64,000 nt of DNA from the human T2T-CHM13v2.0 reference genome, Homo sapiens: NCBI RefSeq assembly GCF_009914755.1, contig NC_060942.1; one strand, 5' to 3'. Both the position numbers and the translations under genes were made by a program. Positions 27,101 to 42,279 of the stretch are shown piece after piece (the first letter of the stretch is position 1; each line of letters begins with the position of its first letter). The notes below the pieces were generated by a model, which saw only the letters and a list, made by a program, of their open reading frames with translations, did no database searches and was not told the DNA's origin.

Positions 27101-28459
27101 ACAGACTTCCAGCCTTGCAGCATGCTAATTTGATCTACACCCCTGACTCTCTGAAGTATACAATCTGTTGGAGTCACTTTAGCAGGAAAATTGAAAAAAA
27201 CCCATGGTAGGTGTTCTGCCATCTTATTCCAGGCTCTGGAGGACTCTGTTAAGCAGTGACTGGCATGGTCTGACTCAGCCGGCCATATCAGGCACCTTGA
27301 CATTGATCCAGTTCTTGAGAGATGCCAATGGGATAATGAAGGTATCTCAAGAAGTTCTCCTGTCTTTGAATATCTACCTCTTTAAAGAGCTTTACATTTT
27401 TTTTTACCATTAATTATACATTTTCGAAGCAAATTTCCAGGAACAAGTTATTTCAATGTGCTGATTTTATAGATTAGGAGGCCGAGAATCTAAGACGTAG
27501 AGTGATTTGCTCAAGGTCACGTAAAAATATTAAAACAGAAACTAAGTGGACCTTCATTTCTTATTCCTGGCCCAGTGCTATTTCCTCTTTCTTTATTTGA
27601 TTGTCTGTCAGTAGAAAGCAATTATAGAATCTAGGAGGAAAACACCAAATACACACACTACCAAAGCATAGAGAGGTCGAGATCAGAGTCATTGGAGTAG
27701 GATTATATAATGTCAATTTGGGGGAGTGAGACATGGAACATGTGGAGATGTCCTGTGAGAGATCCTGCCCTACCTCTGCCAACCTCTGTCAACAGATAAG
27801 GGGTCCAGAATTGCCAGAGGGGAGGTATTCCAACAGATCTTGGGTATCAGTGACTATGATGATAAAGAAGAGTAATGCCAAGAGGAGGAGAGTCATCCAG
27901 AAAGGTGGAGAGGAAAAAACTAAACTTTCTACAACATTAATACAGGGTGGCAAACAACTTGTTCTCAAAGGAAAAAAAAAACAAAACCACCCCCCAACCC
28001 CGACTCTGTCTGTGAAGCTCTCCAGGGCCTCAAACCCAATTCCTTCCTGGCTTCTTTACAGAACTAAAGCAAACACACTGAGCACTGTTTACCAGAAGCA
28101 GTCAACGATGCCCCAAGGAGCAGTATCCCTGAACTTGCAATGCTGTCAGCAGAGAAAATGCTGATGCGATGTTTGAAATCGGAGTTCAGGGGAGAAAGCA
28201 ATCAGGCCAGAAAAAAAAAAAAATAGAAGTAGCAATGTTTCAAGTGGATCTCTTTTAATGTCACCCAGCAAGGACACTATGTTCTAGCATCAAACTGAGG
28301 TCAGTAATTAAAACTGACATCTAAGAATGACAATTTCCAAATCTCCCTAAAATGATTGAATAGTCCAAAGTGACCATCTATTCTATTCCTTGTTTCCAAC
28401 TATCTGAAGTGAGTTGGTAGGCTTTCACGGGAAGCCTACAGTCACAGAATCTATTACTA

Positions 28460-28700
28460 ATAAAAGCAGCCATCTACAGTTTACCCTGTGCCAGGCACTA
28501 TTCTTGCACTTTTAATTATATTGTCTCAGTTAGTTCGGTTATTAGATCCTAACCACAAGCTTGTAAGGTAGATGTTATTTCTAATATACATACAAAAAGG
28601 TGAAGCTCAGGGAATATAAATATATCGCCCAAAGTTTTGTGGCTACTAAGTGGTGGGGCTGAGATTCTAGCTCCCAAGTTTGTGTTCTTAAACCTACACC
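28460..28700 (-). mobile_element. MIR
   Basis: ccctgtgccaggcactattct...gtaaggtagatgttatt...gctcagggaatataaa...gctactaagtggtggggctgagattc. Confidence 0.68.
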
Positions 28701-28739
28701 CTGCAGGCAGAAGATTTGGCAATAGGAAATTTATGGGAA

Positions 28740-29165
28740 CTAAACAGTTACATTCCCTGTCTTCACGGAGCTCGCTGTTGAGCAACAAAGACAAGCAGCT
28801 GACTACCCAGGCAAACCCAGTTCAGGTGGTAACTTCTTTGATGGGGGGCATCAGGAGATCTAATGGGAACAAGAGGCAAAGCCTTTACCCTGGGTCAGGG
28901 GGTCAGGGAAGGCTTAATCTGCAGTAATGTTCAATTAGTCATCTGAGAGATGGACAAGAATTACTCAATGATGAGGTGGGCTTCTACAGAGGAAACAGAA
29001 GGTACTATGACGTGTGGGGGAGAGAGACTGGAGCATTTTCAGGCAAATGAGGCCATTTCAGTATGATAGAAGTGTGGAAGATGAAAGGAAGGAGCAAAAA
29101 TGCAGAACTGGGAAAGTACACAGGAACCGAACCCCGAGGGGCCTTATGTTACTATAAGAAAGCGG
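28740..29165 (-). mobile_element. L2 fragment
   Basis: ccctgtcttcacggagctc...gtcagggaaggctt...gaggaaacagaaggtac. Confidence 0.58.
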
Positions 29166-29529
29166 GTTGGGAGTGGGTATTCTCTCTCCGGTTCTTCTTT
29201 TTTTTTTTTTTTTTCATAATAAATAGGCAGTGTTAGATGATTTTGCTTTCTTTTTTATCTAAGATATGGAGATGCAATTGTTGACAAATTTGTTCATCAT
29301 TGGTAAGCAATTTATCAGCATATTGGCATTCTAGACTTCTGTTCTCATTCCAGCGTAGCGTTTGGAAAACTCTTGAAAGAGAAAAATGTTTTCTCTGGCC
29401 ACACTATTTCTCTTAATGATTATTTCTGCAGTGTCAGGATCACGTCTTCCAGATTCTGCTTTAACCATAAGATCTCACAAAATACCTCGAATGATTGCAA
29501 TGGATTGATTCACAAATATGTAACCCAAG

Positions 29530-29778
29530 GAGGCAACACAGCTTGACGTGGGTAAGAGCAGAGTGCGGAAACAAACTGAATGTTCAGGCTATAACACTAC
29601 CCAGTGTAGAATCCTGTGCGAGTGGTTTAGCTCCTTTGTGCCTTAGTTTTATCATCTATAAAATGAGGACTATAATAGCACCTACCTCTTAGCTATATAA
29701 AGATGACTAAGAGATTTATTACATATCAAGCATGTGAACAGTATCTGGCACATAACAAGTACTTAAAAACACTAGCTG
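29530..29778 (+). mobile_element. MIR
   Basis: tgtgccttagttttatcatctataaaatgaggactataatagcacctacctc...tggcacataacaagtact. Confidence 0.8.
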
Positions 29779-30384
29779 CATTTTTCACAGCTAGACACGA
29801 GCTGTGTTTGTCACAGAGATTGTGATATGAGCAAAATACTATGGGAATATAGGGAAAGGAGCAATTTACTGGGGGTAGAAAAGTGTTCAGGAAAAATATC
29901 ACAGAAGATTTGGAATTTTCCAAGTCTCTTTTGAAGAAAAGACAAAGATAATGCTATATTCTCCCACTCCAGCATTAGAGCAAGTAATTCTGTTTTTGGA
30001 GGAGCCATTTATTGCAACTTTCTTGAAAGATGATTGTATCCTATAGGAGCAGTAACCTGGTCAAGCTGTCATTAATGTAGCAAGCCTCAGGACAACATTT
30101 TTTTAAATCATGTCCTGAAAGTTGGTGTGTGTTTCCATGTTAAGAAAATATTATTTATAAAAGTCTAAACTTGAACAATAAGGCACTGACCACATTTTAG
30201 CAGAACTATTTACTTTATGAAATGATTTGTAGCAAGTTCCTTTTTAAATAACAAGCCTTCCTTGAATATTAATTTACAACATCTCAATTTGTACCTTCCA
30301 TTGCACTGAAAAGACATGAGCTGTAAAATTTGAGATATTCAACTATGTGACACGGAGCAACCGAATAACATTATTTCTATTTTT

Positions 30385-30545
30385 TACAACAACTGTAAAA
30401 TGTGTGATGTACATATTATTACCCATGTTTTATAGTTAGAGAAATCAATACTCAGAGAAGTTGAGAAATTTGCCTTAGTTTACAAAACCAGTACACAAAA
30501 GAGCCTTGATTAAAGACTAGGTTCCAGTGCCTGTGCTCTTCCCTA
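30385..30545 (-). mobile_element. MIR
   Basis: attattacccatgttttatagttagagaaatcaatactcagagaagttgagaaatttgcc. Confidence 0.62.
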
Positions 30546-31204
30546 CATGATACAATTCAAACACATAGATTGAAACATTCTCTAGTAGGAGTCATCATTT
30601 ATTTCCTTTCCTAATCTCTCCATTAAAAAAAAAAACCCTACAGGTCATTAAATCAGAGGAGGTTTTTAGGTTCTAATTTGTTTTTGCCAAAGCTACCTTG
30701 CTACTTTTGGTTCTCCCCTTAGCTTTGGTTGCAACATAAAACCACCAGTTTAGCTTTCTGCTCTTACCTAATTCAGCTTTCCACCTCACTTAACAAAACA
30801 CCAGCTTGATGATAGAACAGTCTCTGCTTTCCAAAACATAAGCCAGTGAGTGGAAATTTTACTCAATAACCCAATCCCTTTAACTCTAATTAAGCCTATT
30901 TCAAGCTTCTGTCTAAATTTGGAACTGACAACTTAATTGGTTGTCCAAGGAAATAAGCGAGGAGAATGCTTTCCCTGACTAGGTTGCTCTAGGACTATAC
31001 TTCTTTCTACATTAGCAAGAAAGAAAAATCCCTGAAGTATAAACTACTCCTGGTGTAGTAGAAGTTTTCCGCGATATTTTTAGTTTTTTTTGAGGTCACT
31101 TTTGGAAATGAAATTTAGGCATTCTTAGGTTAATCCCAATCATTTCTTTTTCTTTATGGTTGATGTTGCTGAACCTTTACCTTGAATTCATCTTACAAAG
31201 AATT

Positions 31205-31270
31205 ACCTTAACTACTACCCCAAAAGTAGTTAACTACTTTTGGGGTAGTAACCTTAACTACTACCCCAAA
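31205..31270. repeat. Perfect 38-bp palindrome (31213-31250) within a 20-bp direct repeat
   Basis: tactaccccaaaagtagtt|aactacttttggggtagta; accttaactactaccccaaa at 31205-31224 and 31251-31270. Confidence 0.96.
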
Positions 31271-31449
31271 GAAATAATTCTCAAAATGTTGTCTAGTCAT
31301 ATCATGTATTCCAGATCAAGCTGTTCTCAGCCTGTTCAACTAAGATGGAATTACTCCACAGATTATCTAGAGTTGCATCCCGTCTCGCAAGTTTAATTAA
31401 CACATTATGTGTTTCCTGTAGCAGGCAAACTACGGAAAAGCCATGTGTA

Positions 31450-31453
<4 letters not shown>

Positions 31454-31487
<34 letters not shown>
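31454..31487. repeat. (TG)n microsatellite
   Basis: Seen directly. Confidence 0.95.
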
Positions 31488-31488
<1 letters not shown>

Positions 31489-31589
31489 ATGCGCATAGAT
31501 CTGTAATTTATTTGGCCTCAGACCGGGGGTCAAGGGATTTATTGAGATCTCAGCAACACAAGTTTTCTAGGGAGGGATAAGGATAATAA

Positions 31590-32218
31590 TGGAGGCTGCA
31601 GAGAAAAGGAACTGCCTATATACCATTGGTGGGAATGCAAGTTAGTTCAGCCACTACAGAAAGCAGTTTGGAGATTTCTCAAAGAACTTAAAGCAGAACT
31701 ACCATTTGACCCAGCAATCCCATTACTGGGTATATACCCAAAGGAAAATAAATCATTCTACCAAAAAGACACATGCACTTGTATGTTCAATACTGTGCTA
31801 TTTACAACAGCAAAGATTGGATAAAGAAAATGTGGTACATATATACCACAGAATACTATATGACCATAAAAAAGAATGAAATTATATACTTTGCAGAAAC
31901 ATGGATGCAGTTGGAGGCCATAATCCTAAAGAAATTAACACAGGATCAGAAAACCAAATACTGCATGTTCTCATTTATAAGTGAGAGCAAAACATTGAGC
32001 ACACTTGGACATAAATACAGGAGCTATAGACAACACTGCAGACTACCAGATGCAGGAGGAAATAAGGGGAGTGTGGGTTGCAAAACTACCTATCAGGCAC
32101 TGTGCTTATTACATGGGTGATGGGATCCATACCCAAAAGCTCAGCATCATGCAATATTCCCACATGACAAACCTCCACATGTACCCTCTGTATCTAGAAT
32201 AAAAGTTGAAGTTAAAAG
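31590..32218 (+). mobile_element. L1PA16/L1PB-like 3' end
   Basis: gaactaccatttgacccagcaatcccattactgggtatatacccaaaggaa...ccacatgtaccctctgtatctagaataaaagttg. Confidence 0.88.
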
Positions 32219-32695
32219 AGTAATGATAATGAAACGTCAGCTTCAGAACCGCTGCAAAGCTCCCAATCTTGGCAAGTAATAACTATGAAATCCTTTGCCT
32301 CCTCCCTAAATTAGTCTTCCTAATGATGAAACTCATGGTGGGGTCACTGACAAAGTTTAAAAGAAACATTTCAGAACTAAAAGGGGCCTCAGAAATTACC
32401 TAATCCACCGGCCTACTTAGATGCAGTTAAGAGAATTGCCCAGGGTCATAGAGGCAGTCAGAAAACCAGCTCTCTAACATTTAGTCTACTGCTGCAACAC
32501 CAGAAGTTAGGTACCCTGCTGGTTTGTAGTGGTCTATATGTGCTATCAATTAGTATGCTGTTCTTCACTTCTTACAGCCAAGCACAGAGCCAGTGAGATG
32601 TAAGAATTTATTTCATTTAGTAAAATGAAAGATTCTGCAAGGTAAGATAGTATCCTAGAGGTAGAATGCTCTCTTGCCTTTTAAACTACCAATAT

Positions 32696-32890
32696 GGCGG
32701 GGCATGGTGGCTCACAGCTGTAATCCCAGCAATTTGGAAAGCCGAGGCAGGAGGATTGCTTGAGGCCAAGAGTTGGAGGCTGCATTGAGTCATGATCTTA
32801 CCACTGCACTCCAGCTTGGGTGACACAGCAAGACCTTATCTCAAAAGGAAAAATACAAAGCAAACAAAATAACACATACATACACAAAAA
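32696..32890 (+). mobile_element. Alu monomer (FRAM-like or recombined AluJ)
   Basis: Single arm with right-arm insertion sequence and A-rich tail; ccaatat flanks both sides. Confidence 0.82.
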
Positions 32891-33566
32891 ATTCCAATAT
32901 ACTTACATTGGGTATTTAGGAACTTTTACAATGTAATTTTATGAGATTTTCATTTGAATGGAAATATGACACCTAAAAATGAGAAAATTAATATGGTGGA
33001 GTAGAGATCAGGTTCTCTACATCCAGAAGCCTGCATGATAGGTCACAGGTAGCACCAAGATATTTTCTTTCTGCTTGCTTCTGATTGGGCAGCCATGTTA
33101 TCACATCCCATGCTTGAGAAATCTCTAGATTGTAAGTGATCTGTATTGTCTGGTTTTGGGGTTTGGGGTCTCCCCCCTCATTCGGATCTGTGTTTCTTGC
33201 AGGAGAGGGATAATGGTATCATAGATACTGAAAGTGGCCAGCATGGAACAGGCTCAGGAATCAGTGTTGGCTGTGGATCTCCCTAAGCAGGTTTCTCTGT
33301 CCTATGAGTAGCTTGCTCCTGTCAGTGCTGGGATCTTTATATTTGTTTTGTGCTGACCCTGGTCAATCAAAAAATTGATCCAATATCCTGATTCCCCTTG
33401 GCATTGCTTCAGCCCATCAGAGCTTCTAACGTTTTTCTTTTTCTAAATTGCTGTGGGCAGGGCTTGGTTTTAACAAAACTATAATGTTGGACAACTTGGT
33501 CCTCACCTGTATCTCCCCCTTCTGTCTTCTTTCTCATGTCTGTCTTCCCCTGTCACATCTCTGCAG

Positions 33567-33587
33567 GAATGAGGTCTCCACTGAGAT
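33567..33587 (+). other. Candidate 21-nt microexon
   Basis: Long polypyrimidine tract, then TGCAG|GAATGAGGTCTCCACTGAGAT|GTAAGT. No transcript evidence available. Confidence 0.3.
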
Positions 33588-34053
33588 GTAAGTTCATGTC
33601 AGTGGACAAAGCATCATTTGTGCATTCAATTTGCATCCAACAAGTATTTGTTGAGCACTGTTCAAGACATTAGCTATTTGTCTAACAAATTCATAATTTC
33701 TATTTTAGGCTCATATTCCCTTATACAATTTCCACAATTTTTGCCAAGTTGTCTAAAAAATGACCAACTTTGTATTTTTAATTGAAACTAATTTACTGTT
33801 TACTTAAATTAATTAATATCAAAAGAAGAAGATAAACTAAGCACTGGCTGTTAACTCTGCCTTCCACATCAAACCTAGGAAATGCTAGAAAATATATAGC
33901 TTGGGTGAATGTGGAGTTTATCCTAACAAATGGTACAAAACTGTGAAAATACCTTAGGAGGCTTAAAGTCTCTGCATGTCTTTTTAGGTGGAGGAAACAG
34001 CAACCTGGAGCAACCGACAGGGAGAGGGTTGGAGTGGAAGTTCCTAGGCACAC

Positions 34054-34413
34054 TATTATGATTTGGCTGTGAATCCACCCAAATCTCAAATTGTAGCTCC
34101 CATAATTCCCATATGTCATAGGAGGGACACAGTAGGAGGTAATTGAATTATGGGGCCGGTATTTCCCATGCTGTTCTCATGATAGTGAATAAGTCTCATG
34201 AGACGTGATGGTTTTGTAAAGGGGAATTCCTCTGCACATGCTCTCTCTCTTGCCTGCCGCCATGTAAGATGTGCCTTTGCTTCTCATTTGCCTTCTGCCA
34301 TTATTATGAAGCCTCCTCAGCCATGTGGAACTGTGAGTCCCTTAAACCTCTTTCTCTTACAATTTACCCAGTCTCAGGTATGTTTTTATTAGCAGCATGA
34401 ACAGACTAATACA
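34054..34413 (+). mobile_element. THE1 (MaLR) solo LTR
   Basis: tatgatttggctgtg...cccaaatctca...agccatgtggaactgtgagtcc...cagactaataca. 5-bp TSD cacac at 34049-34053 / 34414-34418. Confidence 0.92.
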
Positions 34414-35199
34414 CACACCCTCACCTCCTTCTCTCAAGTTTTTCTAAGCAGACCAGGCTAGAATACATGACCTGAGTGTAACTCCAGTACAGTAGTGTAA
34501 AATTTGGCTGGCACTCACCAGAACTTGAACCTCCCAGGTCCCTAAAAAGAAAGAGATTAAAATAAACAACTACACACTGCCTTGAAGACCTACTCTGGAT
34601 TATTAGATTGGCCCCACCTGTAGTATGATTAGGAAGGCTGTAATAAAAGCTAGACATAAACAAGTCTCATCAAATCCAGCCAGAGCCCTGCGGGAATAGA
34701 TAGCTGACTATTATGTTTATTCACTTATCAGATATTTACAGAATGGTTGCTCGATAGCCAGGCATTGTTCTGAGTGCTGAAGATAGTAGTAAACAACACA
34801 AAGTTCCAACCCACAGGAGAAGCTAAGGCAGAAAATAACCAATAAATATGTAGTAATTGGATAACTTCCCATGAGTGTTGTTCCCCATATTCTCCCCATA
34901 TTCAAAAGAGAGCCTGGTATGATAGGATAACTGATATCCCAGGCATCAGCATATGACCAGAAAAAAGTGGAGGTGGCAAAGCAGATTATACCAATAGGCA
35001 ATACACCTAGAGATACAGCTCCCCTTCCTCAAAATCACAGATATAAGAAGCCTAGGGTTAGACTTCACACTTCCCAGATTAGAGGTGATAATTTAAGGGG
35101 GCTAACTCTGGAAAAGGAATACTGATAAGGTAACAGTACACTTATTTTAAGTCACAAAATATTTAATGAGTGTGACAACAATACAAGACAACAACAACA

Positions 35200-37060
<1,861 letters not shown>

Positions 37061-37129
37061 GACAAATTATTAGACACATTTCTTAGGTGTATAACAGTCT
37101 ACTGGATGATTTCAAATGATTTATTTAAA

Positions 37130-37765
37130 CATTCTGCTATCAAGGAGGTGAAGCAAAACTCCCTACCTTTATGTATGGCCCACTCATGATGATTTTTTCC
37201 AGAGTAAAGGATGGAAAATATGAAAAAATTGTAACTTTACAGTGGAGAATCCTGACAAACATTCTCAACCAGATCTGATCCAGATTCCTATTAAAAGACG
37301 AAAATAGCACTCTACCCTTGTGATCTTTTTCCTCCAAATCCATGATCCCAGTCCAATCATGAGAAAAACATCAAACAACTCCCAGTTGAGGAACATTCTA
37401 TAAAATCCCTGATTAGTACTTTCAAAACTGTCAGGGTAATCAAAAATAATGAAAGTCTGAGAAACAGTCAAGCCAAGAGGAACCTGAGGGAACATGATGG
37501 CTAAATGTATGTGGTATTCTGGAGAGAATTCTGGTACAGAAAAAGGGACATTAGGTTAATTAAAAAAAAGGAAATTTGAATAATGTATACACTTTAGTTA
37601 ATAATGTGTCAATATTAGTTGGTTAATTGTAACAAATGTACCATAGCAGTTTAAGATGTTAACAATAGGGATACTGGTTGTGGGGTGTATTGGAATTCTC
37701 TGTATTATCTTCATAATGTTTCTATAAATCTAAACTATTCCTAATTTTTAAGTTTATTTTTTAAA
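37130..37765 (+). mobile_element. L1MC/L1MD-type 3' UTR
   Basis: ccagtccaatcatgagaaaaacatcaaacaactccc...gaaagtctgagaaac...ttgtaacaaatgtacca. Confidence 0.78.
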
Positions 37766-37789
37766 TACTAGTTAACAGATTTTTAAAAA

Positions 37790-39215
37790 AAGAGTCATAG
37801 CTCTAAATGTATGAGCTGAATCTATAAAACTCAGAAGAAAACATATGAGTAAATCTTCATGACCTTGGATTACACAATGATTTCTAGATGCAATGTCAAA
37901 AGTGCTAGTCACAAAAGAAAACAAAAATGGATTAACCACACCACAATTAAAGCTTGTATTACAATCAATGCATCAAGAAAGTGAAAATACAACTTACAGA
38001 ATGGGAGAAAATATTGTCAAATTTTACACCTGATAAGAGAATTACCTCCAGAATATATAAAGAACTTCTATAATTCAATAATAAAAAGATAAATAGCCCA
38101 ATCAAAAAGTAGGCCAAGGATCTGATTAGACATTCCTTTAAAGAAGATATACAAATGTCCAACGTTTGCGTCATTAGTCATTAGGAAAACACTTATCAGA
38201 ACCAGAATGTGATAACTCTTCACACCCACTGGGTGGCTAAAATCAAATGTTCTCTAGGATGGGGAGAAATGAAAAAGAAAGTCTGTATATTGTTGATGGG
38301 ATTGTAAATGATACAGCTGCTTTGAAAACCAGCCTGGCAGTTCCTCAGAAGGTTAAACATGGAGTTACTATATGATCCAGCTATTCTATTCTTAGATGTA
38401 TGCTCAAGAAAATGAAAACACATGTTCACACAAAAATGTGGACACAGGCCGGAAGCAGTGGCTCACGCCTGTAATCCCAGCAATTTGGGAGCCCGAGGTG
38501 GGCAGATCACCTGAGGTCAGGAGTTCGAGACCAGCCTGGCCAACATGGTGAAACCCTGTCTCTACTAAAAATACAAAATTTAGCAAGGCATTGTGGTGTG
38601 CACCTGTAATCCTAGCTACTGGGGAGGCTGAGGCAGGAGAATCGCTTGAACCTGGGAGGCAGCGATTGCAGTGGGCAAGATCATGCCACTGCACTCCAGC
38701 CTGGATGACTGAGCAAGACTCTGTTAAAAAAAAAAAAAAGTACACAAATGTTTCTAGCAGTATTATTCATGAGACCTAAAATACAGAAATAACCCAAATG
38801 TCCACCAGCTGATGAATGGATAAACAAAATGTGGCCACTACATAGAATGGAATATTGTTTGGCAATAAAAAATGAAACACTGATTCATGCTACAACATGG
38901 ATGAACTTTGAAAACATTATCCTAAGTGGAATAAGCTACACACAAAAGACCTCATATTGCATAATTCCATTTATATGAGTTGTCAAGAACTGGCAAATCC
39001 ACAGATACTGAAAGCAGAGTAGTGGCGGCCAAAGGCTAGAATTAAGAGGGATTGGGAAGTTGCTGTTAAGGGGTATGAGTTGCTTTCTGGGGTAAAGAAA
39101 ATATTCTAAATTAAAGAGTGCTGAGGTTTATACAACTCTGTGGATAAATTAAAAACCACAGAACTGTATACTTTAAGGCATAAAAAGGTATGTAATTATA
39201 TCTCCATCAAACCAT
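37790..39215 (+). mobile_element. L1MB-like ORF2 end and 3' UTR, interrupted by an Alu
   Basis: aaatcttcatgaccttggatt...cagaatgggagaaaatatt...catgctacaacatggatgaactttgaaaacattat. Confidence 0.82.
38447..38739 (+). mobile_element. AluSx-like element
   Basis: gatcacctgaggtcaggagttcgagaccagcctggccaacatggtg; poly-A tail. Confidence 0.94.
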
Positions 39216-39249
39216 TATTTATTTAATTTTTTAGAGGAAGCGTTTAGAA

Positions 39250-40060
39250 AATTGAAGACCACACACATCATGTTTAATTGAGTAAACAGAGAGCACATTT
39301 CTTCTTTGGCCCGCATTAACCATTCTTCAAAACGAATTATGTATCAGGCTACAAAGGAATTTCAAGAAACTCAAAGAATCGACACCACACACGTTACGGT
39401 CTTTGACATAATGACACAAAATTAGAAATTAATAACAATAGAATACATGAACATTTCCGTGCTTCTAAATGTCCCATGGGTTGAAGAGAAAATCAAAAGT
39501 AGAATTGTAAACTATTACAGCTAAACAAAATAAAAGCTGTGTATTTTGAAATGTATGATATGCTCCTAGAGGGTACCAAGAAGAAAATACATATACAGCT
39601 TTGACCATAATTATCAGAAAACAAGAAAGGCTGGACATACATGAGGTAAATGTCCAGCTCATTACTCCAGGAAAATAGAAATAGGCCACATTTAAAAATG
39701 CAAATAGAAATAAAATAGCATAAATCAGCCAGAAATCAATGAAGTAGACAACAGAAATACAAGATAATTAAAAAGAAGTTTATTCTTTAACAAAACAAAG
39801 AAATAAACTTGTGGCTAAGCAGATCAAGATGAAAAGAAAAATATATAATAGGCAAATTAAAAAATGTGAAAATCTGTATGTAAAATATAGCAAGTTGCAT
39901 AAAGACACAAAATATAGTGAACAATTATATGTTAACAGATTTGAAAATCTAATTAAAGACATACATTTATAGCAAAACACAACTTGTCGAAATTAGCATA
40001 AGAAGATAAAACATGAAAGAACAATGACCGTTAAAAAAATTGAAATGGTAATAAAGAATA
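39250..40060 (+). mobile_element. Old L1 ORF2 fragment
   Basis: aaattagaaattaataac...ccagaaatcaatgaagtaga...gtgaacaattatatgttaacagatttgaaaatcta. Confidence 0.62.
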
Positions 40061-41984
40061 AATGCACCCCTGACATACACACACTTCCTCCTCATCCATC
40101 AGACATTTTCTGGCTCAATTTTTGGCTACTAGCTCTTCCCCTCCAGCCCACTTGCAGATTCCTGCTTGACTGCTCTTTTTAAATAGCAAACGTGATGGTG
40201 TCCCGCCTGCTTGTAGCTCTGAACTGACTTCTCGTAGATTAATGGAAAAGTTCACAATATTTGATTTGCTGTTTGCCCCAATTGTTTTGAGCTATAGTTC
40301 TCAAATAGATCATGCTTTTCCACCTTTCTATGCCTTTTCCCATACTTTTCCTTTTCCCTGAAATACCTGTTTCAACCTTCCCATCATCTCTCAAATTATT
40401 TCTTATCCCTTAGAACTCCTGTAATATACAACCCACCCCCAGTCTGATTGAGCTTCTCTCATTTTGCATTCTTGATGCAATCTACATGTAAGTAACTAGC
40501 ATTTGCTCTCATAAATGTAAAACCAGCATCACTTGACATAAAGGGAAGGTAGGTGAAAAACTAAATATTTTTAACATTATATTTTAAATGGGTACTGTGG
40601 CTTGCTGTTGACTTTCCACTTGCTGTCTGTTCTCAGTTATTAAAAAATATATTACCACAAGTGAGAGTGGTAAAAACTAGCACTAAACAGAGATTTTTCT
40701 CTTTGATGTTACAGGAGGATAGAGAGAGAGAGTGAAAATTATAAACGGAATAATTTCCTGAATTTCACCGGAAATCATTTTATGTCCTATACATAGAAGC
40801 ACAGAGATTTACCTAAGATATGGCTTCAGCCTCCAGAGAGTTCATGCAAAATGCCACTTTTGCTATGACATTCTTGTGTGGGACACTTCAGGACAAAACA
40901 AAACAAACAAAACAATGATATGAACCCACTCCCCCCAAAAAAATCCATCTGCAATGGGAATATTTCAGCCTAGAAGGAACTAATTGAGGGAGAGAAAGTA
41001 GAACTTTGTGGTTCCCTTTAATTTATACCCTGTAAACATGTAGTGGGATGCCTGCTCTTGAGTTTGGCAATGGCTGTTAATTCATGATCATGAATAGTAA
41101 AGCACTCTCTAAAGGCACCATGTGGGAATGAACTTGCTATAGCAAGTTTAATCCTGAACAGAGATGAAAGAGGCTGATCTACCGAGGCAGGCATTGTCCT
41201 CATTTTCCTTCAGGACTTCATGCAAGTCTCTCTCAGGTTAAATACTTGCTGATTATGCTACCATGTCCAAAAATGGGGCTGTATCATTCTTTCATAGAAG
41301 AGAGATATAACTTAAACATAAGCATGCAATACTTTTGAGATTCCCACATTTTTTTGATGGTAAAATTAGATTTAAAGACATTGTTGAAATGCACATGATT
41401 TTCAGTTCAAAGCCCCTCCCAATGTTGTCATTTTTCAGGCATGATTATTCCCATTTTCAGTTATGGCAACTTCTTGTGGAATGTCAGTTTTATAGAAATA
41501 CCATACGTTAATGAAATATAAATTTTTGGCAAAATAGTTCCTTGCAATTAAATATCTCTTTAAAAGGAAATTTACTGAAACCTTTATTTCTAAACCACCA
41601 AGGAATGAATGTAAGTAAGCAAACATTAAATCAGAGTGCCTGTCATGACAAATTAAAAAATCTCAAAGTTAAAATAACCACAGAAGTAATCAACATGATA
41701 TGGAAGAAAGAGAAGGTGAATGACAATTGTAGAATAATTTCCACGGCCATATCCTTTATAAGCAGGATGAGGAAACAGAAGCCCAAAAAAAGTATTTAAT
41801 GTCCAAGGTCAAGCAGATATATGTGGCAGAGCAGAATACAGGGTGCAGATTTGCCTGTCTCCAATTACGTTTTCCAGTGCCACTGCTAATTTCACCCAGG
41901 ATGGTAACTTCTACTTTGGAATACAGTTCCTGTTCTCCCACTCACAAGCTGCATGGCCTTTGGATAAGTTTCCCACATATATTT

Positions 41985-42155
41985 TACAAAATTCAGGTTT
42001 ATTCAAGTATAATTTATAAAGAATTTAAAATATGATTCACTTATTCTAAGTTCAATGAATTCTGACAAATGCATTCAGTCTTGTAATCACCACCACAAAT
42101 CAGGTTATAGAATATTTCCACCTTTGCAAAGTGTTCACCCATGCTACTTCAGTCA
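41985..42155 (-). mobile_element. Old L1 3' end fragment
   Basis: gttcaatgaattctgacaaatgcattcagtcttgtaatcaccaccacaaatcaggttatagaatatttcca. Confidence 0.7.
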
Positions 42156-42279
42156 TGACAAGAGAGTGGAATCCTATTCTTTCCTGCTATATATGCTATA
42201 TACAAGTATTAATCCTGTAAATAGCCCAAGAAACAAATAAAGGGTGGTTAAAAAAAAAGAAAGTGGTTTGGGACCTCAG

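Noticed and set aside
27270-27280. Isolated AP-1/ARE motif TGACTCAGC (also near 62502)
   Set aside because: Single short motifs occur frequently by chance; there is no supporting cluster.
27733-28164. 143-aa ORF in non-repeat DNA
   Set aside because: No recognisable domain, it runs through A- and C-homopolymers, and it has no convincing exon boundaries; its length is compatible with chance in 64 kb over six frames.
33203-33290. Acceptor followed by peptide ERDNGIIDTESGQHGTGSGISVGCGSP*
   Set aside because: Donor is weak (CAG|GTTTCT), there is an in-frame stop, and the peptide is unrecognised.
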